From Nemertoderma westbladi (lineage: Eukaryota; Animalia; Xenacoelomorpha), in contig JAUCBJ010004774.1 in assembly GCA_032718475.1 (NCBI GenBank), positions 1 to 64,000 on the forward strand: 64,000 bases of DNA, given 5' to 3'. The notes below the pieces were generated by a model, which was not told where the DNA came from, did no database searches, and saw only the letters and a list, made by a program, of their open reading frames with translations. Shown piece by piece: positions 12,801 through 27,800 of the stretch; the stretch's first letter is position 1, and each line of letters opens with the position of its first letter. The translations under genes were made by a program, and so were the position numbers.

Positions 12801-15800
12801 TTTTGTATTCTGACTAGGAACACCACCTCTTTTGTGTTCTGACTAGGAACACCGAACACCACCTCTTTTGTATTCTGACTAGGAACACCATCTATTTTGT
12901 ATTCTGACTAGGAACACCACCTCTTTTATATTCTGACTAGGAATACCACCTCTTTCGTATTCTGACTAGGAATACCACCTCTTTCGTATTCTGACTAGGA
13001 ATACCACCTCTTTTGTGTTCTGACTAGGAACACCACCTCTTTTGTGTTCTGACTAGGAACACCACCTCTTTTGTATTCTGACTAGGAACACCTCCTCTTT
13101 TGTGTTCTGACTAGGAACACCATCTCTTTTGTATTCTGACTAGGAACACCACCTCTTTTGTATTCTGACTAGGAACACCACCTCTTTTGTGTTCTGACTA
13201 GGAACACCACCTCTTTTGTGTTCTGACTAGGAACACCATCTCTTTTGTATTCTGACTAGGAACACCACCTCTTTTGTGTTCTGACTAGGAACACCACCTC
13301 TTTTGTGTTCTGACTAGAAACACCACCTCTTTCGTATTCTGACTAGGAACACCTCCTCTTTTGTGTTCTGACTAGGAACACCACCTCTTTTGTGTTCTGA
13401 CTAGAAACACCACCTCTTTCGTATTCTGACTAGGAACACCTCCTCTTTTGTGTTCTGACTAGGAACACCACCTCTTTTGTATTCTGACTAGGAACACCAT
13501 CTCTTTTGTATTCTGACTAGGAACACCACCTCTTTTGTATTCTGACTAGGAACACCATCTCTTTTGTATTCTGACTAGGAACACCACCACTTTTGTGTTC
13601 TGACTAGGAACACCATCTATTTTGTATTCTGACTAGGAACACCACCTCTTTTGTGTTCTGACTAGGAACACCACCTCTTTTGTATTCTGACTAGGAACAC
13701 CACCTCTTTTGTGTTCTGACTAGGAACACCACCTCTTTTCTGTTCTGACTAGGAACACCATCTATTTTGTATTCTGACTAGGAATACCACCTCTTTTGTG
13801 TTCTGACTAGGAACACCATCTCTTTTTTATTCTGACTAGGAATACCACCTCTTTTGTGTTCTGACTAGGAACACCACCTCTTTTGTATTCTGACTAGGAA
13901 TACCACCTCTTTTCTGTTCTGACTAGGAACACCATCTCTTTTGTATTCTGACTAGGAACACCACCTCTTTTCTGTTCTGACTAGGAACACCATCTCTTTT
14001 GTATTCTGACTAGGTACACCACCTCTTTTGTGTTCTGACTAGGAATACTACCTCTTTTCTGTTCTGACTAGGAACACCATCTCTTTTGTATTCTGACTAG
14101 GTACACCACCTCTTTTGTGTTCTGACTAGGAATACTACCTCTTTTGTGTTCTGACTAGGAACACCATCTCTTTTGTATTCTGACTAGGTACACCACCTCT
14201 TTTCTGTTCTGACTAGGAACACCATCTCTTTTGTATTCTGACTAGGTACACCATCTCTTTTTTATTCTGACTAGGAATACCACCTCTTTTGTGTTCTGAC
14301 TAGGAACACCACCTCTTTTGTATTCTGACTAGGAACACCACCTCTTTTGTGTTCTGACTAGGAACACCATCTCTTTTTTATTCTGACTAGGAATACCACC
14401 TCTTTTGTGTTCTGACTAGGAACACCACCTCTTTTGTATTCTGACTAGGAACACCACCTCTTTTCTGTTCTGACTAGGAACACCATCTCTTTTGTATTCT
14501 GACTAGGAACACCACCTCTTTTCTGTTCTGACTAGGAACACCATCTCTTTTGTATTCTGACTAGGTACACCACCTCTTTTGTGTTCTGACTAGGAATACT
14601 ACCTCTTTTCTGTTCTGACTAGGAACACCATCTCTTTTGTATTCTGACTAGGTACACCACCTCTTTTGTGTTCTGACTAGGAATACTACCTCTTTTGTGT
14701 TCTGACTAGGAACACCATCTCTTTTGTATTCTGACTAGGTACACCACCTCTTTTCTGTTCTGACTAGGAACACCATCTCTTTTGTATTCTGACTAGGTAC
14801 ACCACCTCTTTTGTGTTCTGACTAGGAACACCATCTCTTTTTTATTCTGACTAGGTACACCACCTCTTTTGTGTTCTGACTAGGAACACCATCTCTTTTT
14901 TATTCTGACTAGGAATACCACCTCTTTTGTGTTCTGACTAGGAACACCACCTCTTTTCTGTTCTGACTAGGAACACCATCTCTTTTGTATTCTGACTAGG
15001 AACACCACCTCTTTTCTGTTCTGACTAGGAACACCATCTCTTTTGTATTCTGACTAGGTACACCACCTCTTTTGTGTTCTGACTAGGAACACCATCTCTT
15101 TTTTATTCTGACTAGGTACACCACCTCTTTTGTGTTCTGACTAGGAACACCATCTCTTTTTTATTCTGACTAGGAATACCACCTCTTTTGTGTTCTGACT
15201 AGGAACACCACCTCTTTTCTGTTCTGACTAGGAACACCATCTCTTTTGTATTCTGACTAGGAACACCACCTCTTTTCTGTTCTGACTAGGAACACCATCT
15301 CTTTTGTATTCTGACTAGGTACACCACCTCTTTTGTGTTCTGACTAGGAATACTACCTCTTTTCTGTTCTGACTAGGAACACCATCTCTTTTGTATTCTG
15401 ACTAGGTACACCACCTCTTTTGTGTTCTGACTAGGAATACTACCTCTTTTGTGTTCTGACTAGGAACACCATCTCTTTTGTATTCTGACTAGGTACACCA
15501 CCTCTTTTGTGTTCTGACTAGGAATACTACCTCTTTTGTGTTCTGACTAGGAACACCACCTCTTTTGTGTTCTGACTAGGAACACCACCTCTTTTCTGTT
15601 CTGACTAGGAACACCATCTCTTTTGTATTCTGACTAGGTACACCACCTCTTTTGTGTTCTGACTAGGAATACTACCTCTTTTCTGTTCTGACTAGGAACA
15701 CCATCTCTTTTGTATTCTGACTAGGTACACCACCTCTTTTGTGTTCTGACTAGGAATACTACCTCTTTTGTGTTCTGACTAGGAACACCATCTATTTTGT

Positions 15801-18800
15801 ATTCTGACTAGGAACACCATCTCTTTTGTATTCTGACTAGGAACACCATCTCTTTTTTATTCTGACTAGGAATACCATCTCTTTTGTATTCTGACTAGGA
15901 ACACCACCTCTTTTGTGTTCTGACTAGGAACACCACCTCTTTTGTGTTCTGACTAGAAACACCACCTCTTTCGTATTCTGACTAGGAACACCTCCTCTTT
16001 TGTGTTCTGACTAGGAACACCACCTCTTTTGTGTTCTGACTAGAAACACCACCTCTTTCGTATTCTGACTAGGAACACCTCCTCTTTTGTGTTCTGACTA
16101 GGAACACCACCTCTTTTGTGTTCTGACTAGAAACACCACCTCTTTCGTATTCTGACTAGGAACACCTCCTCTTTTGTGTTCTGACTAGGAACACCACCTC
16201 TTTTGTATTCTGACTAGGAACACCATCTCTTTTGTATTCTGACTAGGAACACCACCTCTTTTGTATTCTGACTAGGAACACCATCTCTTTTGTATTCTGA
16301 CTAGGAACACCACCACTTTTGTGTTCTGACTAGGAACACCATCTATTTTGTATTCTGACTAGGAACACCACCTCTTTTGTGTTCTGACTAGGAACACCAT
16401 CTCTTTTGTATTCTGACTAGGAACACCACCTCTTTTGTGTTCTGACTAGGAACACCACCTCTTTTCTGTTCTGACTAGGAACACCATCTATTTTGTATTC
16501 TGACTAGGAACACCACCTCTTTTGTGTTCTGACTCGGAACACCACCTCTTTTGTATTCTGACTAGGAACACCACCTCTTTTGTGTTCTGACTAGGAACAC
16601 CATCTCTTTTTTATTCTGACTAGGAATACCACCTCTTTTGTGTTCTGACTAGGAACACCACCTCTTTTCTGTTCTGACTAGGAACACCATCTCTTTTGTA
16701 TTCTGACTAGGTACACCACCTCTTTTGTGTTCTGACTAGGAATACTACCTCTTTTCTGTTCTGACTAGGAACACCATCTCTTTTGTATTCTGACTAGGTA
16801 CACCACCTCTTTTGTGTTCTGACTAGGAATACTACCTCTTTTGTGTTCTGACTAGGAACACCATCTATTTTGTATTCTGACTAGGAACACCATCTCTTTT
16901 GTATTCTGACTAGGAACACCATCTCTTTTTTATTCTGACTAGGAATACCATCTCTTTTGTATTCTGACTAGGAACACCACCTCTTTTGTGTTCTGACTAG
17001 GAACACCACCTCTTTTGTGTTCTGACTAGAAACACCACCTCTTTCGTATTCTGACTAGGAACACCTCCTCTTTTGTGTTCTGACTAGGAACACCACCTCT
17101 TTTGTGTTCTGACTAGAAACACCACCTCTTTCGTATTCTGACTAGGAACACCTCCTCTTTTGTGTTCTGACTAGGAACACCACCTCTTTTGTGTTCTGAC
17201 TAGAAACACCACCTCTTTCGTATTCTGACTAGGAACACCTCCTCTTTTGTGTTCTGACTAGGAACACCACCTCTTTTGTATTCTGACTAGGAACACCATC
17301 TCTTTTGTATTCTGACTAGGAACACCACCTCTTTTGTATTCTGACTAGGAACACCATCTCTTTTGTATTCTGACTAGGAACACCACCACTTTTGTGTTCT
17401 GACTAGGAACACCATCTATTTTGTATTCTGACTAGGAACACCACCTCTTTTGTGTTCTGACTAGGAACACCATCTCTTTTGTATTCTGACTAGGAACACC
17501 ACCTCTTTTGTGTTCTGACTAGGAATACTACCTCTTTTGTGTTCTGACTAGGAACACCATCTCTTTTGTATTCTGACTAGGAACACCATCTATTTTGTAT
17601 TCTGACTAGGAACACCATCTATTTTGTGTTCTGACTAGGAACACCATCTCTTTTGTATTCTGACTAGGAACACCATCTATTTTGTGTTCTGACTAGGAAC
17701 ACCACCTCTTTTGTATTCTGACTAGGAACACCATCTATTTTGTGTTCTGACTAGGAACACCATCTCTTTTGTATTCTGACTAGGAACACCATCTCTTTCG
17801 TATTCTGACTAGGAACACCACCTCTTTTGTATTCTGACTAGGAACACCATCTCTTTTGTATTCTGACTAGGAACACCATCTATTTTGTGTTCTGACTAGG
17901 AACACCATCTCTTTTGTATTCTGACTAGGAATACCACCTCTTTTGTGTTCTGACTAGGAACACCACCTCTTTTGTATTCTGACTAGGTACACCACCTCTT
18001 TTGTGTTCTGACTAGGAATACTACCTCTTTTGTGTTCTGACTAGGAACACCATCTCTTTTGTATTCTGACTAGGAACACCATCTATTTTGTATTCTGACT
18101 AGGAACACCATCTATTTTGTGTTCTGACTAGGAACACCATATCTTTTGTATTCTGACTAGGAACACCATCTATTTTGTGTTCTGACTAGGAACACCATCT
18201 CTTTTGTATTCTGACTAGGAACACCATCTCTTTTCTGTTCTGACTAGGAACACCATCTCTTTTGTATTCTGACTAGGTACACCACCTCTTTTGTGTTCTG
18301 ACTAGGAACACCATCTCTTTTGTATTCTGACTAGGTACACCACCTCTTTTGTGTTCTGACTAGGAACACCATCTCTTTTGTATTCTGACTAGGAACACCA
18401 CCTCTTTTCTGTTCTGACTAGGAACACCATCTCTTTTGTATTCTGACTAGGAACACCACCTCTTTTCTGTTCTGACTAGGAACACCATCTCTTTTGTATT
18501 CTGACTAGGTACACCACCTCTTTTGTGTTCTGACTAGGAACACCATCTCTTTTGTATTCTGACTAGGAACACCATCTATTTTGTATTCTGACTAGGAACA
18601 CCATCTATTTTGTGTTCTGACTAGGAACACCATCTCTTTTGTATTCTGACTAGGAACACCACCTCTTTTGTGTTCTGACTAGGAATACTACCTCTTTTCT
18701 GTTCTGACTAGGAACACCATCTCTTTTGTATTCTGACTAGGTACACCACCTCTTTTGTGTTCTGACTAGGAATACTACCTCTTTTGTGTTCTGACTAGGA

Positions 18801-21800
18801 ACACCATCTCTTTTGTATTCTGACTAGGAACACCATCTATTTTGTATTCTGACTAGGAACACCATCTATTTTGTGTTCTGACTAGGAACACCATCTCTTT
18901 TGTATTCTGACTAGGAACACCATCTATTTTGTGTTCTGACTAGGAACACCACCTCTTTTGTATTCTGACTAGGAACACCATCTATTTTGTGTTCTGACTA
19001 GGAACACCATCTCTTTTGTATTCTGACTAGGAACACCATCTCTTTCGTATTCTGACTAGGAACACCACCTCTTTTGTATTCTGACTAGGAACACCATCTC
19101 TTTTGTATTCTGACTAGGAACACCATCTATTTTGTGTTCTGACTAGGAACACCATCTCTTTTGTATTCTGACTAGGAATACCACCTCTTTTGTGTTCTGA
19201 CTAGGAACACCACCTCTTTTGTATTCTGACTAGGTACACCACCTCTTTTGTGTTCTGACTAGGAATACTACCTCTTTTGTGTTCTGACTAGGAACACCAT
19301 CTCTTTTGTATTCTGACTAGGAACACCATCTATTTTGTATTCTGACTAGGAACACCATCTATTTTGTGTTCTGACTAGGAACACCATATCTTTTGTATTC
19401 TGACTAGGAACACCATCTATTTTGTGTTCTGACTAGGAACACCATCTCTTTTGTATTCTGACTAGGAACACCATCTCTTTTTTATTCTGACTAGGAACAC
19501 CATCTCTTTTGTATTCTGACTAGGTACACCACCTCTTTTGTGTTCTGACTAGGAATACTACCTCTTTTGTGTTCTGACTAGGAATACCACCTCTTTTGTG
19601 TTCTGACTAGGAACACCACCTCTTTTGTGTTCTGACTAGGAACACCACCTCTTTTGTGTTCTGACTAGGAACACCACCTCTTTTGTGTTCTGACTAGGAA
19701 CACCACCTCTTTTGTGTTCTGACTAGGAATACCACCTCTTTTGTGTTCTGACTAGGAACACCATCTCTTTTTTATTCTGACTAGGAACACCACCTCTTTT
19801 GTGTTCTGACTAGGAACACCATCTCTTTTGTATTCTGACTAGGAACACCACCTCTTTTGTGTTCTGACTAGGAACACCACCTCTTTTGTGTTCTGACTAG
19901 GAACACCACCTCTTTTGTGTTCTGACTAGGAACACCACCTCTTTTGTATTCTGACTAGGAATACCACCTCTTTTGTGTTCTGACTAGGAACACCACCTCT
20001 TTTGTATTCTGACTAGGAACACCACCTCTTTTGTGTTCTGACTAGGAACACCACCTCTTTTGTGTTCTGACTAGGAACACCATCTCTTTTGTATTCTGAC
20101 TAGGAACACCACCTCTTTTGTGTTCTGACTAGGAACACCACCTCTTTTGTGTTCTGACTAGGAACACCACCTCTTTTGTATTCTGACTAGGAATACTACC
20201 TCTTTTGTGTTCTGACTAGGAATACCACCTCTTTTGTATTCTGACTAGGAATACTACCTCTTTCGTATTCTGACTAGGAATACCACCTCTTTCGTATTCT
20301 GACTAGGAATACCACCTCTTTTGTATTCTGACTAGGAATACCACCTCTTTCGTATTCTGACTAGGAATACCACCTCTTTTGTGTTCTGACTAGGAATACC
20401 ACCTCTTTTGTATTCTGACTAGGAATACTACCTCTTTCGTATTCTGACTAGGAATACCACCTCTTTCGTATTCTGACTAGGAATACCACCTCTTTTGTAT
20501 TCTGACTAGGAATACCACCTCTTTCGTATTCTGACTAGGAATACCACCTCTTTTGTGTTCTGACTAGGAATACCACCTCTTTTGTATTCTGACTAGGAAT
20601 ACCACCTCTTTTGTATTCTGACTAGGAATACTACCTCTTTCGTATTCTGACTAGGAACACCGAACACCACCTCTTTTGTGTTCTGACTAGGAACACCACC
20701 TCTTTTGTGTTCTGACTAGGAACACCACCTCTTTTGTGTTCTGACTAGGAACACCACCTCTTTTGTATTCTGACTAGGAATACTACCTCTTTTGTGTTCT
20801 GACTAGGAATACCACCTCTTTTGTATTCTGACTAGGAATACTACCTCTTTCGTATTCTGACTAGGAATACCACCTCTTTCGTATTCTGACTAGGAATACC
20901 ACCTCTTTTGTATTCTGACTAGGAATACCACCTCTTTCGTATTCTGACTAGGAATACCACCTCTTTTGTGTTCTGACTAGGAATACCACCTCTTTTGTAT
21001 TCTGACTAGGAATACTACCTCTTTCGTATTCTGACTAGGAATACCACCTCTTTCGTATTCTGACTAGGAATACCACCTCTTTTGTATTCTGACTAGGAAT
21101 ACCACCTCTTTCGTATTCTGACTAGGAATACCACCTCTTTCGTATTCTGACTAGGAATACCACCTCTTTTATATTCTGACTAGGAATACCACCTCTTTCG
21201 TATTCTGACTAGGAATGCCACCTCTTTCGTATTCTGACTAGGAATACCACCTCTTTTGTATTCTGACTAGGAATACCACCTCTTTTGTATTCTGACTAGG
21301 AATACTACCTCTTTTGTGTTCTGACTAGGAATACCACCTCTTTTGTATTCTAACTAGGAATACCACCTCTTTCGTATTCTGACTAGGAATACCACCTCTT
21401 TCGTATTCTGACTAGGAATACCACCTCTTTTATATTCTGACTAGGAATACCACCTCTTTCGTATTCTGACTAGGAATACCACCTCTTTCGTATTCTGACT
21501 AGGAATACCACCTCTTTTGTATTCTGACTAGGAATACCACCTCTTTTGTATTCTGACTAGGAATACTACCTCTTTTGTGTTCTGACTAGGAATACCACCT
21601 CTTTTGTATTCTGACTAGGAATACTACCTCTTTCGTATTCTGACTAGGAATACCACCTCTTTTGTATTCTGACTAGGAACACCGAACAGCACCTCTTTTA
21701 TATTCTGACTAGGAATACCACCTCTTTCGTATTCTGACTAGGAATACCACCTCTTTTGTATTCTGACTAAGAATACAACCTCTTTTGTGTGCTGACTAGG

Positions 21801-24800
21801 AATACCACCTCTTTTGTATACTGACTAGGAATACCACCTCTTTCGTATTCTGACTAGGAATACCACCTCTTTTATATTCTGACTAGGAACACCATCTATT
21901 TTGTATTCTGACTAGGAACACCACCTCTTTTGTATTCTGACTAGGAACACCACCTCTTTCGTATTCTGACTAGGAACACCACCTCTTTTGTATTCTGACT
22001 AGGAACACCACCTCTTTTGTATTCTGACTAGGAACACCACCTCTTTTGTATTCTGACTAGGAACACCACCTCTTTCGTATTCTGACTAGGAACACCACCT
22101 CTTTTGTATTCTGACTAGGAACACCACCTCTTTTGTATTCTGACTAGGAACACCACCTCTTTTGTATTCTGACTAGGAACACCGAACACCACCTCTTTTG
22201 TGTTCTGACTAGGAACACCGAACACCACCTCTTTTGTATTCTGACTAGGAACACCACCTCTTTCGTATTCTGACTAGGAACACCACCTCTTTTGTATTCT
22301 GACTAGGAACACCACCTCTTTCGTATTCTGACTAGGAACACCACCTCTTTTGTATTCTGACTAGGAACACCACCTCTTTTGTATTCTGACTAGGAACACC
22401 ACCTCTTTTGTATTCTGACTAGGAACACCACCTCTTTTGTGTTCTGACTAGGAACACCGAACACCACCTCTTTTGTATTCTGACTAGGAACACCACCTCT
22501 TTCGTATTCTGACTAGGAACACCACCTCTTTTGTATTCTGACTAGGAACACCACCTCTTTCGTATTCTGACTAGGAACACCACCTCTTTTGTATTCTGAC
22601 TAGGAACACCACCTCTTTTGTATTCTGACTAGGAACACCACCTCTTTCGTATTCTGACTAGGAACACCTCCTCTTTTGTGTTCTGACTAGGAACACCATC
22701 TCTTTTGTATTCTGACTAGGAACACCACCTCTTTTGTGTTCTGACTAGGAACACCGAACACCACCTCTTTTGTATTCTGACTAGGAACACCACCTCTTTC
22801 GTATTCTGACTAGGAACACCACCTCTTTTGTATTCTGACTAGGAACACCACCTCTTTCGTATTCTGACTAGGAACACCACCTCTTTTGTATTCTGACTAG
22901 GAACACCACCACTTTTGTGTTCTGACTAGGAACACCATCTCTTTCGTATTCTGACTAGGAACACCTCCTCTTTTGTGTTCTGACTAGGAACACCATCTCT
23001 TTTGTATTCTGACTAGGAACACCACCTCTTTTGTGTTCTGACTAGGAACACCGAACACCACCTCTTTTGTATTCTGACTAGGAACACCACCTCTTTTGTA
23101 TTCTGACTAGGAACACCATCTATTTTGTATTCTGACTAGGAACACCACCTCTTTTGTATTCTGACTAGGAACACCACCTCTTTTGTATTCTGACTAGGAA
23201 CACCACCTCTTTCGTATTCTGACTAGGAACACCTCCTCTTTTGTGTTCTGACTAGGAACACCATCTCTTTTGTATTCTGACTAGGAACACCACCTCTTTT
23301 GTGTTCTGACTAGGAACACCACCACTTTTGTGTTCTGACTAGGAACACCATCTATTTTGTATTCTGACTAGGAACACCACCTCTTTTGTGTTCTGACTAG
23401 GAACACCATCTCTTTTGTATTCTGACTAGGAACACCACCTCTTTTGTATTCTGACTAGGAACACCACCTCTTTCGTATTCTGACTAGGAACACCTCCTCT
23501 TTTGTGTTCTGACTAGGAACACCATCTCTTTTGTATTCTGACTAGGAACACCACCTCTTTTGTGTTCTGACTAGGAACACCACCACTTTTGTGTTCTGAC
23601 TAGGAACACCATCTATTTTGTATTCTGACTAGGAACACCACCTCTTTTGTGTTCTGACTAGGAACACCACCTCTTTTGTATTCTGACTAGGAACACCACC
23701 TCTTTTGTGTTCTGACTAGGAACACCACCTCTTTTGTGTTCTGACTAGGAACACCATCTCTTTTGTATTCTGACTAGGAACACCACCTCTTTTGTATTCT
23801 GACTAGGAACACCACCTCTTTCGTATTCTGACTAGGAACACCTCCTCTTTTGTATTCTGACTAGGAACACCACCTCTTTTGTGTTCTGACTAGGAACACC
23901 ATCTCTTTTGTATTCTGACTAGGAACACCACCTCTTTTGTATTCTGACTAGGAACACCACCTCTTTCGTATTCTGACTAGGAACACCTCCTCTTTTGTGT
24001 TCTGACTAGGAACACCTCCTCTTTTGTGTTCTGACTAGGAACACCACCACTTTTGTGTTCTGACTAGGAACACCATCTATTTTGTATTCTGACTAGGAAC
24101 ACCACCTCTTTTGTGTTCTGACTAGGAACACCGAACACCACCTCTTTTGTATTCTGACTAGGAACACCACCTCTTTTGTATTCTGACTTGGAACACCACC
24201 ACTTTTGTGTTCTGACTAGGAACACCATCTATTTTGTATTCTGACTAGGAACACCACCTCTTTTGTGTTCTGACTAGGAACACCGAACACCACCTCTTTT
24301 GTATTCTGACTAGGAACACCACCTCTTTTGTATTCTGACTAGGAACACCATCTATTTTGTATTCTGACTAGGAACACCACCTCTTTTGTGTTCTGACTAG
24401 GAACACCGAACACCACCTCTTTCGTATACTGACTAGGAATACCACCTCTTTTGTGTTCTGACTAGGAACACCATCTCTTTCGTATACTGACTTGGAACAC
24501 CACCACTTTTGTGTTCTGACTAGGAACACCATCTATTTTGTATTCTGACTAGGAACACCACCTCTTTTGTGTTCTGACTAGGAACACCGAACACCACCTC
24601 TTTTGTATTCTGACTAGGAACACCACCTCTTTTGTATTCTGACTAGGAACACCATCTATTTTGTATTCTGACTAGGAACACCACCTCTTTTGTATTCTGA
24701 CTAGGAACACCACCTCTTTTGTATTCTGACTAGGAACACCACCTCTTTCGTATTCTGACTAGGAACACCTCCTCTTTTGTGTTCTGACTAGGAACACCAT

Positions 24801-27800
24801 CTCTTTTGTGTTCTGACTAGGAACACCATCTCTTTTTTATTCTGACTAGGAACACCACCTCTTTTGTGTTCTGACTAGGAACACCACCTCTTTTGTATTC
24901 TGACTAGGAACACCACCTCTTTCGTATTCTGACTAGGAACACCTCCTCTTTTGTGTTCTGACTAGGAACACCATCTCTTTTGTGTTCTGACTAGGTACAC
25001 CACCTCTTTTGTGTTCTGACTAGGAACACCACCTCTTTTGTGTTCTGACTAGGAACACCATCTCTTTTGTGTTCTGACTAGGAACACCACCTCTTTTGTG
25101 TTCTGACTAGGAACACCACCTCTTTTGTGTTCTGACTAGGAACACCATCTCTTTTGTATTCTGACTAGGTACACCACCTCTTTTGTGTTCTGACTAGGAA
25201 CACCACCTATTTTGTGTTCTGACTAGGAACACCACCTCTTTTGTGTTCTGACTAGGAACACCACCACTTTTGTGTTCTGACTAGGAACACCATCTATTTT
25301 GTATTCTGACTAGGAACACCACCTCTTTTGTGTTCTGACTAGGAACACGACCTCTTTTGTGTTCTGACTAGGAACACGACCTCTTTTGTGTTCTGACTAG
25401 GAACACCACCTCTATTGTGTTCTGACTAGGAACACCACCTCTTTTGTGTTCTGACTAGGAACACCACCTCTTTCGTACTGTATTCTGCTTTGCTCTTTCG
25501 GGGTTGATAGCCATTGTATGATTATGTGTATGTGTAAGATTGTTTACCGTACAGTTGTGGGGCGAGCCACGAAGTTAGCGAACTTTTAATTATTAAGGCA
25601 CTCAATAAATAATTTTAGTTTAATTTTGTAATACAATGAAAATTATTAAAAACCAAAGTCAATCAAAAGCAATAATTAATCAATAAAGAATGTTAATTTA
25701 CAAGAAAGAAAGTTGTTTACAAAAGTACTGGCTAGGAGGGTCCCCCAGTTTGGAATGACCTCAGTGGCCTAGAAAATCAAGCTTAAGACACTCCTTGAAA
25801 CTGAGAAAGGAGTAATGATATGCCATTTAGGTGAGCATTATGTGCTGTATAAATTGGTGTCAAACAGGTGTCTAACAGGCGCAATGTAGTAACTCTAACA
25901 AATGAAAGGAATAATTATTATATCTCTCTCTATACTACTGTTTAATAATATTGAAAATTACTAATTCTTATTTTTCACATAATTATTACAGTCTATTCAA
26001 ATCAACTTACAATTAATCACAATGTTCTAGAATATTCAATGGTTTCAGTGTCTCAAAACACTACAATTTTCAAAGTTACAGAATTATCAAATGTAAATAA
26101 GGCGTTCTAGTAATTAGTACTTCCACAGGACTTTATCAATGCCATGAACTACCCCATTGGAACATGTGACATCGGGGTCCCTTATAATAGCGTACTGGCT
26201 GTCGCCGCCAACTGTTGTTATTGGAGGCACGGAAGAGGTTTTGGTAAGAACCAAGATATCTCCATTCACTGCTGTTTCTTGAGCTGCGGCACCGGCCTTA
26301 AGGCCTGAAATGGAAAAGTGTGCGTTTTAATAGCATTAATTAATTAATTAATTAATTAATGTATTAGATATGTGGCAAATCATTAAAAATTTCAATTTTC
26401 ATTAAAAGTCAGAGGGCAACATACTGCTGTACAGTAGGCCTACATTGGTCAATTCCACAGCCACGTAATGTAGACTACGTTATAAATGAAATTGAAACTT
26501 GCTGTCGTCATCTGGTTACCACCACAATTTCCGGTACTGTTAATATTATGAAAACGTTATGATTTACAGTCGGGCAGATATCAGTCAATATTATTAATTA
26601 ATATATTTAATATATTTATATAATTAATATATTAGAGAATAAGCTTATGTCATTCAAATACAAATAGACACTGACTGAATACAGTTTCAACAGTAGTATA
26701 GGCCTACTGTAGGTACCGGTATGTAGCCTATTTAGCTAAACCTTAAAACGTACCGTACTGTTTTCTTTTGGAAGGTTTTTTTTGAGACTTTTTTTTATAC
26801 ATAAAAACTTGCTCAAAAACGGCCAAGCGGAAACGCTGCCAAATTTTTTTTGTTAAGATGGATAACAGGGAATTGTGGTGCCGCAATATTGCATTGTTGA
26901 TAAGCGGCACAGCAATCTTAATGCAACTACTGTATAATGCTAATGCAGCATGGGGATAGATACTGTAGTATATATAAATTTACCAACCGGTAGTGAATAT
27001 AGTGCGGCTGGCTACAACATGTCGTTCCATTACATTCCGCAGTTGAGTCGCGTTGTTTTTAAGCCGATTCAGAGTGGCTTTTGGGATTTTATTGAAGGCC
27101 GCATTTGACGGAGAGTAGATTGTATATGGCCCGTCTTCGTGCAGTGTTGAGGATGTCCCCGCCAAAACGAGAAGGTCAGTGAATATACTGAAAAAAAAAA
27201 CATTTTTACAATCTACAGATGTCCAATATACAGTGTTAATGTGCAGATAAATGACTATAACTTATATCTGTAAGTGAAACACGAAATGCCGAGCCGACCC
27301 GAAGGTTTCTCCCTCTCTTGGCTATTACCTGTAAGGCTATTAAACGAACGGATGAAGTGGTAGGCATTGACCAGCTGTATCATAGTGTATAGATGATCGA
27401 AAAATCTTTATTTAATATAATATAACCAGCTAAAGACCCTCAATACTTTATATTTTTTTATCATCTATACACCTGTAAGGCTGGAATACTGTCACGCTAA
27501 CTCCCATGGATGAACACAGTGTAACAATAATTCAACTCTTACAATCATACTCAGCCGTTGCCGCCACGCGGTTACCGAATTGTAACTGGATCGCAACCGG
27601 ACCGAACCTTGGCTGCTGGACCAACAGACAAGGTACAGCTGGAGGCACAGTGAGTGAACACTCCACCAGTTCTCTGATGAATATTTATTTAATTAAGTAA
27701 TTACGCCCGAACGCAGGCTATTTATATTTACTTGAATTACTTAGCTAATAATATTAACAAAATCATCAATATATTGTGTAGATTATAAATAAAACAATAT

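Noticed and set aside
9739-25477. 29-bp repeat of CRISPR-like length
   Set aside because: Units are contiguous with no unique spacers, there are no cas genes, and the context is eukaryotic. It is a satellite.
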